Shown one piece after another: positions 59,872 through 64,000 of a stretch of DNA of 64,000 nt. The DNA lies in NCBI GenBank assembly GCA_965234725.1, contig CBDDUX010000026.1, forward strand, positions 26,371-90,370. The letters run 5' to 3'. How positions within the stretch are numbered: position 1 is the first letter of the stretch; each line of letters opens with the position of its first letter. The notes below the pieces were generated by a model. It was not told where the DNA came from, did no database searches, and saw nothing but the letters and a program-made list of their open reading frames with translations. Source of the stretch: Thermoplasmatota archaeon (GTDB taxonomy: Archaea > Thermoplasmatota > Penumbrarchaeia > Penumbrarchaeales > Penumbrarchaeaceae). A program made the translations under genes and the position numbers.

Positions 59872-59982
59872 ATGGTTTCCACAGTGAGAAAAATGGGAAC
59901 CAACGGAAACAAAGGATCAACAACGGAAGAGAGCGATCTTCACCACCAGCGACAGATCGTGATACTCACCTATACCTTCTGA
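59872..59982 (+). CDS. Micro-ORF (36 aa) of the same family, ending RQIVILTYTF
   Basis: MVSTVRKMGTNGNKGSTTEESDLHHQRQIVILTYTF. Confidence 0.3.
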   Translation: MVSTVRKMGTNGNKGSTTEESDLHHQRQIVILTYTF

Positions 59983-60083
59983 AAATATTGGTTCCTGCTG
60001 ACCGATCCTTCTTTTAGGTCCATTGACAGTTTCCTTGACATTGTTGATAGTCGAATTTATATATTTGAAAGGACTGGCTTGGT

Positions 60084-60281
60084 TTGCATCCAATATCCCC
60101 CAAAGGTGATAGCATGACCAAGAAGATCCAGCCAATGAGAGAGATCGAGATGGAGATAGGCAGAGCAGGTCTTATCTCCAACATGGATAAGATGGAATCT
60201 TCGTTCGGTGGGGACATGTTCACCCATTCAAGGGAGATCATTCTTTTCCGATATCCACCCAAGGCCGGAATGAAGCTTTGA
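60084..60281 (+). CDS. Small protein (65 aa), family member ending SREIILFRYPPKAGMKL
   Basis: Aligns with the 57078 ORF over I..+E+E+E+......L..N.D....S.G...F..SREI+LFRYP. Confidence 0.4.
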   Translation: MHPISPKGDSMTKKIQPMREIEMEIGRAGLISNMDKMESSFGGDMFTHSREIILFRYPPKAGMKL

Positions 60282-60445
60282 TATGGGATTGACCTTCAAT
60301 ATAACCCCCAATTTTTTAATAATTTAGTTCAATTTCTTTGTGTACATTTGGTCGGGACTGTTTTCCTCCATGGTTACCACTCTCGATTTTTATTTTTTAA
60401 ACGTTTAAGACAAGGCCTTCATATAGGTATTAATAATTGTAAAAG

Positions 60446-61429
60446 GTGTTTTATTTGGTAGAACATAGGGATATCCTGAAACTGGATATTGAAAGGGAGA
60501 TAGATAGGATAAGATCCTTTCTCAATGACCATTTCAATGAATATAGAAAAGATGGTGCCATTATCGGTCTTAGCGGTGGAATTGATTCCGCAGTGGTTTC
60601 CGCACTCCTTGTGGATACGATAGGTAAGGAAAAGGTGAAAGGTATCATCCTTCCCGAAAAGGAATCGAACCCTATCAGCAAAGAACTTGGGATCCAACAG
60701 GCTGAGAAATTGGGTATCGAATACGAGGTATTCGATATAACCGGGGTCCTAGAGGCCTTTGGAACATACAGTATGAGAGATGAGGCGGTCAGAGAAGTAT
60801 TTCCCGATCATACAGAAGAATGCAGGATGAAACTCGTTCTTCCCGGGGGCCTCATGGAAAATTACACTTACAACATCTTTTCCTTGACGGTGACCTATCC
60901 AGATGGAAGGGAGGAAACAAAAAGACTTCCAAAGAAGGTCATTAACAGGATACTTGCCGCAACAGATACAAAGCAAAGGACCAGGATGATGGCCTTATAC
61001 TATCATGGTGAGAGTCTATTTCGTTCTGTTGTGGGAACGACAAATCGTCCGGAGACCTTACAGGGTTTCTTCGTGAAATACGGTGATGGTGGAGTGGATA
61101 TCGAACCCATTGCCCATCTTTACAAGAACCAGGTATACCAGCTTGCAGACCATTACGGGGTCGTCAAAGAGATAATAGAAAGAGAACCCTCCCCTGATAC
61201 GTTTTCCTTCCCTGTAAGCGATGAGGAATTCTTCTTCAGGATCCCGTACGAGATCCTTGATCTTGTCCTCTATTGTTGGGAGAGGGGTATCGGAATTCCA
61301 GAGGCATCAAAAATTACTGATCTTAAAGAGGAGCAAGTTGAAAGGGTATACCGTGACCTTACCTCGAAATTCAAAGCTACCAAGCACTTGAGAGAAATGA
61401 CTCCCTCTCTGTTGAAAATGGGATTTTAA
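60446..61429 (+). CDS. nadE: NH3-dependent NAD+ synthetase
   Basis: PP-loop GLSGGIDSAVV, 327 aa, NadE-like C-terminal region. Confidence 0.85.
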   Translation: MFYLVEHRDILKLDIEREIDRIRSFLNDHFNEYRKDGAIIGLSGGIDSAVVSALLVDTIGKEKVKGIILPEKESNPISKELGIQQAEKLGIEYEVFDITGVLEAFGTYSMRDEAVREVFPDHTEECRMKLVLPGGLMENYTYNIFSLTVTYPDGREETKRLPKKVINRILAATDTKQRTRMMALYYHGESLFRSVVGTTNRPETLQGFFVKYGDGGVDIEPIAHLYKNQVYQLADHYGVVKEIIEREPSPDTFSFPVSDEEFFFRIPYEILDLVLYCWERGIGIPEASKITDLKEEQVERVYRDLTSKFKATKHLREMTPSLLKMGF

Positions 61430-61460
61430 CGTTCATTAGGTCAATAAGAAGGTCAGTTCA

Positions 61461-62633
61461 ATGAAGGTCCTTTTCCTTCCAAAGGAAGGTCACCCCCTTA
61501 AACGTGTTAGATTGACCGAGCTTTTCATGCGGGAATTTGTGTCATTAGGTAATGAGATAGATTGGGTACTGACCTCATTTGAAAATGAAAGGAGTAACAT
61601 TCATGTTCCCTTCGGAGGAGGTCTTCTATCCAATCTCATTCTACCTTTCTATAGAATGAAGAAGTTAAGAATTTCAGAGAAGATCCTTAGGAAGGAGAAA
61701 CCTGATATCATCATAGCAAATGATGGGATAATTGAAGGTTTGATAGCATCGAGATTATCAAGAAAGTACGACATCCCATTTTGCTACTACCTCTCATCCC
61801 TTTTCACAGATATGGAGAAGAACGAGTTTCTTGCAGGTGGAAAACCAAAAAATCTCGTGAAATGGTTGGCAATGGTGATCAAGGAACCATTGAGGACCCG
61901 TGTTATCAAGAGATGTAATGTATTCCATCCAATTTCGGATGCCATGGGTCGACCATTTATTAAGATATGTACTGGTATTATCCATCCTCTTCCTCTCTGT
62001 CCTTCACATATATTTTTAGAGACAGAAGTGGGGTCGACAAGTGACTTTGACATTGGAATTGAATTGGTATATACAGGCCAGGTCACACCGAATAGAAAGA
62101 TAGAGCTTCTTTTAGAGATCGTCAAGGCCCTCAAGGAAGGAACTGATAAGAATGTTAATTTGACAATAGTAGGCAGGATCTTCTACAGTAGTTATGAGAG
62201 ATTCCTTAAGAAGAAAATGGCTCAATTAGGGATAGAGGATCATGTTGAGATCATCCCTGAGGTCCCAATCAGTAGAATACCAGCAATAATCAGGAAGTCA
62301 AACATCGGACTCTGTCTCCTACCACCGATAAGATCATTTATTGTTTCCTCCCCGACCAAGGTTGTTGAATATCTATCTCTTGGAATACCTGTTGTCGCAA
62401 ATAAAGAGATAGAGGATCAAAAGGTAATAATTCAAAATTCCAAGGGTGGTTTCTCGCCTGCATATGATAAGAAAGAGATAGTTGATTCTATTCTTGCATT
62501 AGTAGGGGAGGCGGATATGGCTGTTGAGATGGGCCTTAAGGGTAGGAGATGGATACAGGAGAACAGGAACTATCAAAAAATGGCAGTGGAACTGGATTCT
62601 CTATACAATGGGATAATAGGAGATAGACCATGA
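61461..62633 (+). CDS. Glycosyltransferase family 4
   Basis: GT-B C-terminal domain with sugar-nucleotide binding region (LGIPVVANKEIE...); ATGA overlap with downstream gene. Confidence 0.7.
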   Translation: MKVLFLPKEGHPLKRVRLTELFMREFVSLGNEIDWVLTSFENERSNIHVPFGGGLLSNLILPFYRMKKLRISEKILRKEKPDIIIANDGIIEGLIASRLSRKYDIPFCYYLSSLFTDMEKNEFLAGGKPKNLVKWLAMVIKEPLRTRVIKRCNVFHPISDAMGRPFIKICTGIIHPLPLCPSHIFLETEVGSTSDFDIGIELVYTGQVTPNRKIELLLEIVKALKEGTDKNVNLTIVGRIFYSSYERFLKKKMAQLGIEDHVEIIPEVPISRIPAIIRKSNIGLCLLPPIRSFIVSSPTKVVEYLSLGIPVVANKEIEDQKVIIQNSKGGFSPAYDKKEIVDSILALVGEADMAVEMGLKGRRWIQENRNYQKMAVELDSLYNGIIGDRP

Positions 62634-63007
62634 GGATAATCGGTATTGGAGTCGATGTCATCGATATTGATAGGGCTCGGGAATTATTTGAAAAGGAGAG
62701 GACCCTAGAGAGGGTTTTTACTGATAATGAGATCAATGCAAGCAGTCAGAGGGCTGACAGGTTGAAGAACCTTGCCGGATGGTTCGCCCTGAAGGAAGCA
62801 GTCCTGAAATCCCTAAAGGCTCCAAGGGACACTGGCATTTTATTGCAGGATATCGAGGTCCTCCATGGTGAGAACGGTGAACCAGTATGTGATCTGCATG
62901 GAAAGGCAAGGGATATCTTCCTGGATTCCGGAGGGGAAGAGTTGATGGTCTCCGTTTCCCATTCTGAAAAGTCAGCCGTGGGAGTCGCCATCTGTATAGG
63001 AAGCTAA
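62630..63007 (+). CDS. acpS: Holo-[acyl-carrier-protein] synthase-type 4'-phosphopantetheinyl transferase
   Basis: MRIIGIGVDVIDIDR...ERVFT..E...WFALKEAVLKSL...DIEVLHGENGEP...VSVSHSEKSAVGVAI, all hallmark AcpS blocks, 125 aa. Confidence 0.75.
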   Translation: MRIIGIGVDVIDIDRARELFEKERTLERVFTDNEINASSQRADRLKNLAGWFALKEAVLKSLKAPRDTGILLQDIEVLHGENGEPVCDLHGKARDIFLDSGGEELMVSVSHSEKSAVGVAICIGS

Positions 63008-63067
63008 CATGTCTGGCCACAGCTATAATGATACGAATTGTGTTTAGATCTTGGTGAGAAATTGGAG

Positions 63068-63208
63068 ATGAAGACAAACACCGGCAGAACAACTTTCATA
63101 GATAACAATGAAATAGAAAATTACCGGATATTCGACCTGGAAGGAAGTGATACTAGGGATTGTTCACGTCCATGCAGGCAGATAATCATGCTCAGGTATC
63201 CCGAGTGA
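63068..63208 (+). CDS. Micro-ORF (46 aa) family member ending CRQIIMLRYPE
   Basis: MKTNTGRTTFIDNNEIENYRIFDLEGSDTRDCSRPCRQIIMLRYPE. Confidence 0.35.
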   Translation: MKTNTGRTTFIDNNEIENYRIFDLEGSDTRDCSRPCRQIIMLRYPE

Positions 63209-63276
63209 TTCCAAGATTAGGGTAATAATATAATTTCACTGGACCAGTTAAATAGATAGGGTTTTACTGTAATATT

Positions 63277-63399
63277 ATGGATAATGAAGACTCCAATGAG
63301 AATAAAAGGAGAATTAACTCTAAGGAGGTCAAGATCAGTTTTCTTTCTTATCCTTTTGAAATAAAAAAGGTGAAAAAAGATAGCGTTGAGATCGAATGA
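63277..63399 (+). CDS. Micro-ORF (40 aa), divergent family member with internal KEVKISFLSYPFE
   Basis: MDNEDSNENKRRINSKEVKISFLSYPFEIKKVKKDSVEIE. Confidence 0.3.
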   Translation: MDNEDSNENKRRINSKEVKISFLSYPFEIKKVKKDSVEIE

Positions 63400-63452
63400 G
63401 ATGAAATTTTCTTTTTTATTAGGGTAATAAAAATTGAGGATAGGATATTTTC

Positions 63453-64000
63453 ATGATCATCGCTATTTTTCTTAACACACCTGCTCAAGTTCATTTTTAC
63501 AAGAATATTTGGAGGAAATTAAGAGATGATGGTCATAAAGTATACCTTATTGCTAGGGATTACGGTGAGACCATCCCACTTTTAAAGGAGATGAATATTG
63601 ACCATTTCCAGTATCTTTCTCCTCCGGAATCTAAAATTGGAAAGGTCCTGTCTCTTCCTTTTGCAGTCATTCGGGTAAATAGATATCTCAAAAATAAAAA
63701 GGTCGACCTAATCACTGGATTCGGTGTCTATGATGTATTGGTTTCCATTTTAAGAAGGAAACCAGTAATTGTGTTCTCAGATTCTGAACCTAGAATAAAT
63801 AAGAAGACATTTTCTATCCAATTTGATTTACTTAAACCTTTTACAAATCTTTTCATTACTCCCTCATCCTTCGGCCAGGATATGGGGAAGAATCATAGAA
63901 AGATCAATTCTTTTAAAGAGTTAGCTTACCTCCATCCAAAGTATTATTCACCAAGTGGTGATATCTATTCACTACTTGGTATTGAAAAAGGTGAGAAATT
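63453..64000 (+). CDS. Hypothetical protein, 3' end runs off window edge (glycan-cluster associated, Rossmann-like N-terminus)
   Basis: ATG at 63453, open frame to window end (MIIAIFLNTPAQVHFYKNIWRKLRDDGHKVYLIARDYGE...). Confidence 0.4.
   Translation, partial: MIIAIFLNTPAQVHFYKNIWRKLRDDGHKVYLIARDYGETIPLLKEMNIDHFQYLSPPESKIGKVLSLPFAVIRVNRYLKNKKVDLITGFGVYDVLVSILRRKPVIVFSDSEPRINKKTFSIQFDLLKPFTNLFITPSSFGQDMGKNHRKINSFKELAYLHPKYYSPSGDIYSLLGIEKGEK

Overview
The window reads as a 64-kb stretch of an archaeal chromosome, roughly 45-50% GC, with an acidic, D/E-rich proteome. The archaeal assignment rests on an NMD3 homologue, PF07790-type class-III (archaeal type IV pilin) signal peptides and a Csa3-like CARF-wHTH regulator. 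No rRNA, tRNA or CRISPR array was found by eye.

Gene content, in order:
- 2-11.4 kb: housekeeping genes (radical-SAM methylthiotransferase, glnA, a PfkB kinase, a tandem Lrp/AsnC regulator, a sugar-nucleotide epimerase) flanked by surface and membrane proteins.
- 11.6-20.4 kb: a surface-glycan biosynthesis cluster with GT2, GT4 and tandem GT8-like glycosyltransferases, a Wzm/Wzt ABC exporter and a radical-SAM/SPASM enzyme.
- 20.4-24.0 kb: a Csa3-like CARF/wHTH regulator transcribed divergently from an operon of an ATPase-degenerate XPD-like Fe-S protein translationally coupled to an MBL-fold hydrolase.
- 24.1-34.3 kb: an FG-GAP integrin-like membrane protein, two long coiled-coil proteins capped by zinc ribbons, and a type-I membrane protein with a cytoplasmic J domain.
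- 34.4-49.4 kb: four consecutive pilin-like genes, two of them giant paralogs (2244 and 2183 aa) carrying CARDB-like repeats, a vWA/MIDAS domain and an extra C-terminal membrane anchor.
- 49.5-56.6 kb: core genes (NMD3, ahcY, bacterial-type metK, a cupin, tandem DPM-like GT2 genes, one degenerate).
- 56.6-63.4 kb: an AT-rich, gene-poor island carrying a family of at least seven small paralogous ORFs (30-65 aa) that share a conserved C-terminal R-E/Q-I-V/L-I-L-x-Y-P motif, plus a HicB-like antitoxin ORF and decayed copies. nadE, a GT4 gene and an AcpS-type phosphopantetheinyl transferase are interleaved with it.

The small-ORF family, the CARF / pseudo-helicase / MBL module and the double-anchored giant vWA pilin-like adhesins are the most likely candidates for undescribed biology.
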